DNA of 64,000 nucleotides. Origin: Macrostomum lignano (Eukaryota). The stretch covers positions 53,941-117,940 of the forward strand of contig NIVC01002047.1 in the NCBI GenBank assembly GCA_002269645.1, written 5' to 3'. This document shows positions 11,670 through 23,500 of this stretch, piece after piece. The notes beneath the pieces are model-generated. The model was not told the origin of the DNA, ran no database searches, and was given only the letters and a program-made list of their open reading frames with translations. Position numbers and translations under genes: made by a program. The stretch's first letter is position 1; the number at the start of each line of letters is the position of its first letter.

Positions 11670-11895
11670 AGGGAATTGCTGGGATGTCAAGGCTTACAGC
11701 TGGGGGAATTGCTGAGATGTCAAGGCTTACAGCTGGGGGAATTGCTGGGATGTCAAGGCTTATGGGGAATTTCTAAGATGTCAAGGCTTGTGGGATTGTT
11801 GAGATGTCAAGGCTTACTGGGAGCATTGCTAAGATGTTATTGTCAAGGCTTACAGCTGGTGGAATCGCTGAGATGCCAAGGCTTACTGGAAGCAT
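11670..11895. repeat. Degenerate ~33-bp minisatellite GGGAATTGCTGGGATGTCAAGGCTTACAGCTGG
   Basis: About 7 units. Related inverted units occur at ~51240-51340 (GCCTTGACATGTCAGCAATTCCCC). Confidence 0.8.
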
Positions 11896-12055
11896 CGCAT
11901 GGGTCTATTCTTTAATATATTAGCAATATTTTCATTTTCCTTTTTGCACTCCCCGAACAGGCTGGATTGCTAGTAGTTAACTAAACTCGCGAATCTAGAA
12001 ATTGTTCACTGGAGTCTGCTTCACGCGTTGATGTCGAAAATATGGCTGTTTGCAG

Positions 12056-13656
12056 CGCATTCGGGCTTACGCGCATTGAATTTAACCCAAGATACGTTTG
12101 CAGGTGTAATGGAGCTTTTGTCTATGGTAGCAAGGCTGGCACAGCGGCATCAGATTGGTTCAAACGCTCGTGAGCCATTCGTCAAACTCTTGCCTTCTCG
12201 CAACCGTCTGTGGGTTGTTGCGCACCGCTGGAATGTCAGCGTCTCTACCAACAATTTCCAGTCGCTTTTCTAGAGCTCTGCTGATAGTCGAAATCTGATA
12301 ACCAACTGGAGCTGTTCCTTCAACTTCTGCGGCATTTCGGCTAAGTCAACAAAGGCTTCGTCTCAACTGAATCGAGTAGCAGCTGGACCTGAGGCTCTGA
12401 CAACTTGTCTTGGCGATTGCCACCCTTTCGCAGGCGACCTTTGCCGGGAGAGTTTCAACGCGCTGCTGGATGCTGTAAACCATCTTTTATTTTACATTCA
12501 GCAACCTTGCAATGTCCTTTGAGTGTTCACCTCTGTCGAGTGCTTCGATCACAAGCCAATGCTATTCGTTCAACAGCCTAGCATATGGTCCACAATTCTG
12601 GGGCCAATTTTATAAAGCATAGATAACAGATATTTGGCCACGGGTAACGGCTAAAAAACATATGCGGGTTTTATAAACACACTGGTAGCTAACCAAGATG
12701 AAAAGTCGATAGTCTATGGTCAGAAATGCCAGTCGGGAGACCCAAAATCGATTTTATAAAGCTATCAGACGGCTAGTTGGCATAGATATTTTACCAAGTA
12801 ACCGCTATCCAAGTCTGACATGGATTTTTAACGCATACATGGGCTGCTAAATGCAGAACAACACCGATTTCCGCGTGTTTTTTTTTGGAAAGGAGGAACT
12901 TTCTTGTCAACGCGGATTTTAAACAACGCTTTCGGGTAAATCCCGCTACTGCAGAGGCGCTGCTGCCGTAAATTGGAGAACAACTGGCACCGGCAAGCAG
13001 GCGAAACTGTGCGTTATCCCCAAGAGAACAACAGCTTTTAACGACACTTATTACGCCACCAATGGCTTCTATAATACATCTGTTAAGAGATGCCCACATG
13101 GACCATCTAAAAAGCTTTTGCGTGTCAATTCGTTCGGAAAGTCACAAGGGTTGTGAATGAATGGAGCTGACATGGATTAGAATGTTCATTAAATTGGCCC
13201 CCAAAAGAAATTGGATCTTCTTTTCAACCTGTCTTTTTAGCTGTGGAAATATGAATGCAGTGCGGACAAAGAAGCGAAATACACATAGTCTATGGCACAA
13301 CTTGTCTAACCACGGATTGTAACAGCGGATAAGCAGAAAAGGATTTTAGCAGTGGTTTATAAAATCGATTTTTTTGCCACAGATAAAATCCACGGATAAT
13401 TAATCCATGGGTAGCTGACATAAATTAGAGTGTTTATAAAATTGGCCTCTGAGGCAGATGTTGCTCCTCCGCAGCAGTTGCAAATGAAGCTATGGACCAA
13501 ATTGATGCTTGTTGGACCAAATTAAATGCCGCTATGCCAGCCTTGCTACCATAGACAAAAGCTCCGTTACACTGGTAAACGTATCTTGGATCAAGGACAA
13601 CTTAGTGAAGTTTTCCTTGTCTTGGATTAAATTAAATGCGCGTAAGCCCAAATGGG
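12056..13656 (-). mobile_element. Decayed Tc1/IS630-like DNA transposon: transposase N-terminal HTH remnant between long inverted repeats
   Basis: Minus strand reads PYARLLNE*HWLVIEALDRGEHSKDIARLLNVK*KMVYSIQQRVE, then KGGNRQDKLSEPQVQLLLDSVETKPLLT/LAEMPQKLKEQLQLV/ISTISRALEKR...RNNPQTVARRQEFDEWL, with stops and frameshifts. Inverted repeats at 12056-12164 and 13511-13656. Confidence 0.75.
12601..13448. mobile_element. PIF/Harbinger-like non-autonomous element (848 bp) nested in the Tc1-like remnant
   Basis: TIR (G/A)GGCCAATTTTATAAA at both ends. 3-bp TSD CTG at 12598-12600 and 13449-13451. Subterminal TTTTATAAA repeats. Confidence 0.8.
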
Positions 13657-13658
13657 TT

Positions 13659-13762
13659 ATAAGATATTCTATGGGTTTGAGGTCGGTGTGTGATTGAATC
13701 CTGAGAGCCGAAGGCGAGGGATTCAAGTAAAATACCGACCCCAAACCCATAGAATATCTTAT
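13659..13762. repeat. 104-bp hairpin / mini-MITE
   Basis: 29-bp arms ATAAGATATTCTATGGGTTTG(A/G)GGTCGGT with one mismatch, inner arms TGAATCC/GGATTCA, and a central GCCGAAGGC. Confidence 0.8.
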
Positions 13763-15029
13763 TTAAACTACTTTAATTTTGCGGGATGCATTCAGATAAA
13801 TCCCGGAGCCATACTTGCATGTCTATGGTTGAAGTTGGGGATGGGTGTGTGGGGGTTTCGCCCCGACATTCTTGCCATAGACAAAACTGTGAGAGCATTT
13901 ATTTGCTCGCATTTTTCTTGAGTCAAGTCAGCGGCACGCTCTAACCGACCTATTTCTCAGTTCTGAGCACTTGCTCTCACAAATTCCAGATCTAACTTTA
14001 TCTAGATAATGCAATTTGCAGTGAAAATCAGCGAGTTCCGGCCTCCTAGCTAGTCAGTGAAAATCAAAAGCCTCTTCTGCAGGGGACATCTGTTGAATTG
14101 GTTTTTCACGCACCATTTATTTACAACATGTAGTCATTTTTTTGGTTTTAAATATAAAGGCGAAAAATAAAAGTGCACAACTCAGCTGCATCAGTGGGCG
14201 ACGTTTCTACCATGATGTCTTAGCCTCCATTTTTTGACAAACTAAAAGCTTTCGCATGGCTACGGGGATCCACCGCATCGGAGCCTATTGCAGCACGCGC
14301 AGATGTCCTGCTGAAACGGAAATGTCTCCTATAGCTCTATAGCCAGTAGGCCAAAGCAGCTAACTAACTCCGCAATCCGTGAAGGGAAAAGAAACCTGCC
14401 CGGCGAAGCAAAAGTTGACACAATAATTATAATATGAGAAAAATAATTTCTCGTATTAGCACAGAACTCAGACTATTACTCAGAGCAAGCCAGCTTTCCA
14501 CTACCACATAATTTCACGTCTTGGGGCGAAGAAGGCGGCGTCTACAGGAGAAAACCGCTGCAAGTCAGAGTCATATGCAAACACAAAGGGAAGCTGAGGG
14601 CAGAAGGGATAGAAGAGAATTACTATGGAGCAACAACGGCGCGAGAATTCCCAAGGCAAACGGGAGTTGCTTAGGGCAACCACGGGCAAGGTAAATGATT
14701 CTCTTTTTTTGAGGCTTGAAGCATCGAGATGAGGGAGCAGAGGCTTCAAGGGAAGAGTTGCTATAGGGACCGCACTTACATGGAAGTGGAGAGGCGAGAA
14801 TTCGTTTGCTGAATAATAGTAAATAAATGTATGGCTACTTCAGCTGCAGACGGAATTGTTAATAACAATTTTATCAGGGATGCATTTTGTTTGACTAAAT
14901 AATAACACGGTTTTCGTATAAAAACCCTCTGAAATGTCAGCTGCGGTGTAAATTCGAGGCAAGGTAGAAAAAAGGTTACTAACGTACATTTAGGATATTA
15001 GGGTAGAAAGATAGCTGTGAATCAGTGAT

Positions 15030-15390
15030 GTACATTGAGAAGAGACAGAGCAGAACGATAGCAGCGATGTACATTTAGAAGAGAGAGGGCAGAAGAATAG
15101 CAGCGATCGATGTACGTTAAGAAGAGACAGAAGAATGATAGCAGCGATCGATGTACATTAGGAGAGAGAGAGGGCAGAATGATAGCAGCGATGTATATTT
15201 AGGAGAGAGAAGGAAGAATGATAGCAGCAGCGATGTACATTTAGGAGAGAGAGAGGGCAGAAGGATAGCAGCAGCGATGTACATTTAGGAGAGAGAGAGA
15301 GAGAGAGAGAGAGGGCAGAATGATAGCAGCAGCGATGTACATTTAGGAGAGAGAGAGGGCAGAATGATAGCAGCAGCGATGTACATTTAG

Positions 15391-15471
<81 letters not shown>

Positions 15472-15560
15472 CAGAATGATAGCAGCAGCGATGTACATTT
15501 AGGAGAGAGAGAGAGAGAGAGAGAGAGGGCAGAATGATAGCAGCAGCGATGTACATTTAG
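15030..15560. repeat. Minisatellite (~44-bp core GATGTACATTTAG(GA)nGGGCAGAATGATAGCAGCAGC) with variable internal (GA)n
   Basis: About 11 units; the (GA)n tract varies from a few to ~37 dinucleotides. Downstream of the TDP1 stop. Confidence 0.9.
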
Positions 15561-15806
15561 AAGATGGGATAGCAAAATGGCTGTGATGTCACCTTAGGAG
15601 CATAGATAGATATTGTATTTGAATTTATTATTGCTACAAAAAACTCCAATCTTGAATCAAATAAATAAAACGGGTGCATAAGTCAAGACTGAAATTTAAA
15701 ACCACTTTAAAAGAGTCGAAGCCGGTTTTAAGATTATATTTTTACTACTTAGGCAATTAAACGCATTAGAGTCGGAACAGACAGTTTCAAAGTGAAGAAG
15801 ACAATC

Positions 15807-16609
15807 TCAGTTGCCACACATCGGAGGGCACCAGATATTTCCGTGCGTATCAGGCAGGTCTCTGTAGGCCAGGTCCACAATCCAAGGCTTATCTGGAAAA
15901 CAGCAGGGTGAAGGAAGTGCTGCTTGCACTTTATCCGTAATCAAAAACAAATCTAATCAATGGTAGAGAAGGCCCCCCAAGCCAGTTCAGATTAAAACTG
16001 ACACAGCAGCCCCCGGAGGACAATGCCCCCCTGTAAGCTGACCCCCTGACTGGAAGCAAAGTCAAAAGCATTCGATCTGACTTCAAAGAGTTAATTAAGG
16101 CAAATGAAACTGGAAACTGCCTGAATGCAGCTGGGGTGTCAGATAAATAATTAGAACAAAAGTACCAAGGCGAATAATGCTTGATTGAATACCGCGGCCA
16201 ACTGTCAGCCTCTATACTTCCACTCTTTATCAGTTTGCCCAATAAGAGCCTGATTAGAATTTCAATTCGTAGAATTAAATAATTAAGTATAGCTTTTTAT
16301 ATACTCGTAGTGCGCTGGCAGCGGACAGAATGGGAAACACGAGAATTTTTTATGGCAAAGAAACAGCTTTGATATTGCTAAACAACCCACTCCAGCACCC
16401 TTAGTAAAGCAAAAGTGGGTTTAACAAATAATGAAGCACTGTAGGAATCCTTATTGATTAGGGAAAAATGCATTGATAAATTGGAGATATTCTCATCGAG
16501 TGTCTCAGAGACGAAACTCGTCGAAAAGGGCTCGAGATGAGTCTTATCGATTGTCTCAGAGGCAGGATCTACTCCTGCCTCTTATTCTTATTTAGAAATA
16601 AGAATTTCG

Positions 16610-16671
<62 letters not shown>

Positions 16672-19600
16672 TTGCGAATCTCATTGCAAGAGACGAATCT
16701 CATCGAGAGAGACGATTCTCATTGAAAGAGACGAATCTCACTGCGAGAGATCAATCTCATCGAGAGAGACGATTCTCATTGAAAGAGACGAATCTCATTG
16801 CGAGAGACCAATCTCATCGAGAGAGACGAATCTCACTGAAAGAGACGAATCTCATTGCGAGAGATCAATCTCATCGTGAGAGACGAATCTCATTGAAACA
16901 CGATTCTCATTTAAAGAGACGAATCTCATTGAAACACGATTCTCATTTAAAGAGACGAATCTCATTGAGAGAGACGATTCTCATTGAAAGAGACGATTCT
17001 CATTGAAAGAGACGATTCTCATTGAAAGAGTCGATTCTCATTAAAAGAGTCGATTCTCATTGAAAGAGTCGATTCTCATTGGAAGAGACGATTCTCATTG
17101 AAAGAGACGATTCTCATTGAAAGAGACGATTCTCATTGGAAGAGACGATTCTCATTGAAAGAGTCGATTCTCATTGGAAGATACGATTCTCATTGGAAGA
17201 GACGATTCTCATTGGAAGAGACGATTCTCATTGGAAGAGACGATTCTCATTGGAAGAGTCTATTCTCATTGAAAGAGACGAATCTCCTTGAGAGAGACGA
17301 TTCTCATTGGAAGAGACTAATCTCCTTGAGAGAGACGAATCTCATTGAAAGAGTCGATTCTCATTGAAAGAGACGATTCTCATTGGAAGAGACGATTCTC
17401 ACTGAAAGAGACGAATCTCATTGCGAGAGATCAATCTCATCGTGAGAGACGAATCTCATTGAAACACGATTCTCATTTAAAGAGACGAATCTCATTGAAA
17501 CACGATTCTCATTTAAAGAGACGAATCTCATTGAGAGAGACGATTCTCATTGAAAGAGACGATTCTCATTGAAAGAGTCGATTCTCATTGGAAGAGACGA
17601 TTCTCATTGAAAGAGACGATTCTCATTGAAAGAGACGATTCTCATTGGAAGAGACGATTCTCATTGAAAGAGTCGATTCTCATTGGAAGATACGATTCTC
17701 ATTGGAAGAGACGATTCTCATTGGAAGAGACGATTCTCATTGGAAGAGACGATTCTCATTGGAAGAGTCTATTCTCATTGAAAGAGACGAATCTCCTTGA
17801 GAGAGACGATTCTCATTGAAAGAGACGATTCTCATTGGAAGAGACGATTCTCATTGAAAGAGTCGATTCTCATTGGAAGATACGATTCTCATTGGAAGAG
17901 ACGATTCTCATTGGAAGAGACGATTCTCATTGGAAGAGACGATTCTCATTGGAAGAGTCTATTCTCATTGAAAGAGACGAATCTCCTTGAGAGAGACGAT
18001 TCTCATTGGAAGAGTCGATTCTCATTGAAAGAGTCGATTCTCATTGAAAGAGACGATTCTCATTGGAAGAGACGATTCTCATTGGAAGAGACGATTCTAA
18101 TTGGAAGAGACGAATCTCCTTGAGAGAGACGAATCTCATTGGAAAATAAAAATCTTATGGAGAGACACGCATCTCATCGGGAGAGCCGAACTTCAATGGC
18201 TCAGATTCGAATATCGGGTGAAGTTGAGAGGCTATTTAAGGTCAGTCATCGCGTGCAACCAAAATGCTTGCGTTGGCTGCAAGATTAAGAAGAGCAAGAA
18301 ATTCAAAACTTGTCATTAGATCCGCAGTTAAATATTTTTCCCGAATAAAGACACTCCAAGCCAAGAAAATCTCCTTAGTTCCATTATCGCGTGCCAAGCG
18401 AAACAGACTGGATTCTAATTCTAAAGCAAAAAGTGAAATTTCCTGCAAGCCAAATGAGCGAATCTCTCAAAGGATTTGAGGCCTGACCCTGTTAATTAAA
18501 AAAACTAGCTAATCAAAAAAATTTTTTAAGACCGAAATACGGGCTACAGAAAACAAACAAAGTGCGTCGCAGGATAACCTGAAGCTCACCTGTGGCTTTG
18601 TAGCGGCACGGAGGCAGGTCAAACGGCACAGGTATGCAAGCGGCGGCGTTGGCTGCTTCGAGAGAGAAATTTGGCAACCCCTAAGGGGATGTGCAGATGA
18701 GTGTTTAAAGCTTTTAGAGTAGATGGATTGCTAATCTATAGCCATATCTGCTGGGTGAAGGAACAGAATGGATTGCTAATCTATAGCCATATCTGCTGGA
18801 TGAAGGAACAGAATGGATTGCTAATCTATAGCCATACCTGCTGGGTGAAGGAACAGAATGGATTGCTAATCTATAGCCATATCTGCTGGGTGAAGGAACA
18901 GAATGGATTGCTAATCTATAGCCATACCTGCTGGGTGAAGGAACAGAATGGATTGCTAATCTATAGCCATATCTGCTGGGTGAAGGAACAGAATGGATTG
19001 CTAATCTATAGCCATATCTGCTGGATGAAGGAACAGAATGGATTGCTAATCTATAGCCATACCTGCTGGGTGAAGGAACAGAATGGATTGCTAATCTATA
19101 GCCATACCTGCTGGGTGAAGGAACAGAATGGATTGCTAATCTATAGCCATACCTGCTGGGTGAAGGAACAGAATGGATTGCTAATCTATAGCCATATCTG
19201 CTGGGTGAAGGAACAGAATGGATTGCTAATCTATAGCCATATCTGCTGGATGAAGGAACAGAATGGATTGCTAATCTATAGCCATACCTGCTGGGTGAAG
19301 GAACAGAATGGATTGCTAATCTATAGCCCATATCTGCTGGATGAAGGAACAGAATGGATTGCTAATCTATAGCCATATCTGCTGGGTGAAGGAACAGAAT
19401 GGATTGCTAATCTATAGCCCATATCTGCTGGGTGAAGGAACAATGGATTGCTAATCTATGCAATAAAAAGAATACAAAGCTACAGGAAAAGAGATTTGCT
19501 TACAAACTGCCTAGCAACGAATAGTACGCCAAGCTCGTAAGATCGAATAGCCAACTGGGTGCCCTTTTTCTCGAGACTGCCCCAAGCAGCTTTGGACAAG

Positions 19601-19839
19601 TTGGCACTGAAATGATAGTACGAGCGTATTTTTGTTAACGAACAAAGTTACAGTTAACATAAACAAAGACACAGACAAAAAGTAGCACCAGAAGTCTAAC
19701 CTGGTGACCAGATACCAGCTCAGACGAGGGGAACCGGAGCCCCCGCTGTAGCGCAGGTAGGATTTCATGTGGGGCATCGCGCGACTCCGGCTGGAACGGC
19801 TGGCTGACCAGGAGCTGCGGAGCGTGGGGGATAAGTGGC

Positions 19840-19876
<37 letters not shown>

Positions 19877-19971
19877 GCCTGTCTGTCTGCCTGCCTGTCT
19901 GTCTGTCTGTCTGTCTGTCTGCCTGTCTGTCTGTCTGTCTGTCTGCCTGCCTGTCTGTCTGTCTGCCTGCC

Positions 19972-20016
<45 letters not shown>

Positions 20017-20087
20017 GCCTGTCTGTCTGTCTGTCTGCCTGTCTGTCTGTCTGTCTTAGTGTCTTAGTGTCTGTCTGTCTGTCTTAG

Positions 20088-20128
<41 letters not shown>

Positions 20129-20227
20129 GCCTGTCTGTCTGTCTGTCTGCCTGTCTGTCTATCGGTCTGTCTTAGTGTCTGTCTGCCTGTCTGTCTGTCT
20201 TAGTGTCTGTCTATCTGTCTGTGTTAG

Positions 20228-20260
<33 letters not shown>

Positions 20261-20263
20261 GCC

Positions 20264-20308
<45 letters not shown>

Positions 20309-20467
20309 TAGTGTCTGTCTATCTGCCTGTCTTAGTGTCTGTCTGTCTGTCTGTCTTAGTGTCTGTCTGTCTGTCTGTCTGTCTTAGTGTCTGTCTATCT
20401 GTCTGTCTTAGTGTCTGTCTGTCTGTCTGTCTGTCTGTCTTAGTGTCTGTCTGTCTGTCTGTCTTAG

Positions 20468-20512
<45 letters not shown>

Positions 20513-23500
20513 TAGTGTCTGTCTGTCTGATTTCAGCCGAATCGCAGAGCAGTATTTTAAAATCAATTAAAACAAGACAGAATCCCCCATATAAGTACAT
20601 ATGAACCAGTCTTTCCAACCCACTGTAGAAATCTGTTCAGCCATGGCTGCTGCTTGGCTACAGACTGTCTGTAGGGCAGACTGCCACCCGCTGGAAAGCC
20701 CTCCAAGCTCTGTCTGACATCGTCCTTGGTAGGGTAGATCTGTGAAAAATACGTTTTGATGGATTACTGAATTAGTTTATTATTAAACTGCTACTCAGCA
20801 TGCGTATAATTAAAGTAGAAAGGACACTTCTAAAATTCGTTTGTAACGTTTTTTTCACTATTTGGGCTTCAAAGCTTCAAGTCACTTAGCCCACCATTCT
20901 TTCTCACTACCACCCCTTCCCTCAGTTAGGCAGCCACCACTCCTTTCCATCAGTTAGGCGGCCATCACCCCTTTCAATCAGTTAGGCGGCCATCACCCCT
21001 TTCAATCAGTTAGGCGGCCACCACCCCTTTCCGTCAGTTATTTTTTTATTAGAGGCAGGGGTTGTGTGCACCCTGGCGCACTTTAAGCGACATAGGCACA
21101 CAACTGGCGAGAGGCATTACTGCCCATTCCGCCGACTCCCCTGAGCAGGCATACAAGCGCGCGGATACGTACGCAGGCACACACTCACACAGGAATGTAC
21201 AGCGGCCCTAACTTTATATTATCGTTAGGCATGTACACTCCACTGCGCCTTGGGGGGTTGGCTCTCAAGGTCGTTAATTGCACGAGCAGAGCCAAGCCGA
21301 GATTCCAATTCAGCCCCAAATTAATGTGACTGCACTTGGAATCGAGCCTGGGTCGCTGGCACACCAGAGCAGCTGCGCTACCTCTGGGCTACGGCCCCCT
21401 TTTTCATCACCACCCCTTTCCATCAGTTAGGCGGCCACCACCCCTTTCCATCAGTTAGGCAGCCACCACCCCTTTCCATCAGTTAGGCAGCCACCACCCC
21501 TTTCCATCAGTTAGGCGGCCACCACCCCTTTCCATCAGTTAGGCGGCCACCACCCCTTTCCATCAGTTAGGCGGCCACCACCCCTTTCCATCAGTTAGGC
21601 GGCCACCACCAGCCATTTCTTGGGTAAGGCCACAACCACACCTTCTTCCATACAGGCTAGGCCAGCGTTAATGATAAATTTTAAAGCTAACTCCACAAAT
21701 AACATCTGATTGTTAATTAAGGCTTTGATAAAGATTGAAGAATCGAATTTTTTTCCAATGATTTAAACAAAAAATCGATTGCTAAAATCGTGACTTTCTA
21801 ACAACTGTAGTGAAAATTTAAATTATAAGGCCATAAAAAATATTTTTAGATATAACAAGAAGGAATTAGCTTCATTTGCTGATGAAAAACGTGGAGCATA
21901 GAGGAGATAGTCTCCGATTCAGAATAAAACACTCAATGATGATTTGAAATATTTATCAAATAAGTTAGGAGGAATTTTTGGGGAGGAGAGTTAAAGAGAG
22001 GAGAGGAGAGAGGATACGGAGAGGTAGGGCGAGGAGAGGGGTAGCGATAGGGAGAAAGATTTAGGGAGAGATGTAGGGAGAGGGAGAGAGCTGTGGGGAG
22101 AGGAGATGTAGGGAGAGGGAGAGTTGTGGGGAGAGATGTAGGGAGAGGGAGAGAGCTGTGGGGAGAGGAGATGTAGGGAGAGGGAGAGTTGTGGGGAGAG
22201 ATGTAGGGAGAGGGAGAGAGCTGTGGGGAGAGATGTAGGGAGAGGAAGAGAGCTGTGGGGAGAGATGTAGGGAGAGGGAGAGAGCTGTGGGGAGAGATGT
22301 AGGGAGAGGGAGAGAGCTGTGGGGAGAGATGTAGGGAGAGGAAGAGAGCTGTGGGGAGAGATGTAGGGAGAGGGAGAGAGCTGTGGGGAGAGATGTAGGG
22401 AGAGTGAGGCGAGAAACTGAGTAGATGGTGAGTGAAGCAGCACAGAGGAAATAATTAGTTAATCGCACCTTTCTAGCATAGAAAAATTTCAACGAAAGCA
22501 ACGAAAGACACCTGCATGGACAGCTCACAGCTCACACAGCTCACACAGCTCACACGCAAAGGTGCATTCAGGTGCCTGTAGTTACGGATGCCCGTGTCAA
22601 TACTGTATAATCCGGGACGCAGTTAATGCTGTTTTCAGGCAGTTTGCACAGGTTTTTTGACCGTGACTGTAGGAAAACCAATTCATAACGTAGTGTGAAT
22701 CGATAATGAAGATTACGATAAAAATGGCTTGCAAAAGACAATTTTTTTGTTCTTTAAGACTCTGCATTTAAGGTGCGAAATTTTATTAAGTGAAAAATGG
22801 GAACAAATGAGGAAAAATAATGGTAGACAAACGGACAAGCTGAGGCGGCAGAAATGGACGTTTCAATAGTTGAGAAGAGAGTGCACAGCTCATTTATTAA
22901 TGTCCACGTCACACTGCTTACATCTCACATTCCACAGTCCACATCCCACAGCTCACATTCCACAGTACACATCCCACAGCTCACATCCCACAGTACACAT
23001 CCCACAGCTCACATTCCACAGTCCACATCCCACAGCTCACATCCCACAGTACACATCCCACAGCTCACATCCCACAGTACACATCCCACAGCTCACATTC
23101 CACAGTACACATCCCACAGCTCACATTCCACACTACACATCCCACAGCTCACATTCCACAGTACACATCCCACAGCTCACATTCCACAGTACACATCCCA
23201 CAGCTCACATTCCACACTACACATCCCACAGCTCACATTCCACAGTACACATCCCACAGCTCACATTCCACACTACACATCCCACAGCTCACATTCCACA
23301 GTACACATCCCACAGCTCACATTCCACAGTACACATCCCACAGCTCACATTCCACACTACACATCCCACAGCTCACATTCCACACTACACATCCCACAGC
23401 TCACATCCCACAGTTCACATCTCACAGCTCACATCCCACAGTTCACACAGCTCACATCCCACAGCTCACATCCCACAGCTCACATCCCACAGTTCACATC

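Noticed and set aside
12960-13260. Harbinger transposase remnant inside the MITE (FVRKVTRVVNE...MFIKLAP)
   Set aside because: Suggestive but too short and broken to call without a profile search.
14500-14700. Exon-like stretch ending AAG|GTAAAT (MEQQRRENSQGKRELLRATTGK)
   Set aside because: No homology and no downstream exon identified.
18701-19372. Repeat ORFs ([14 protein letters not shown]; also 25100-25600, 54044-54814 and 55791-56498)
   Set aside because: Products of 45-, 55- and 27-bp intronic tandem arrays, not repeat-domain proteins.
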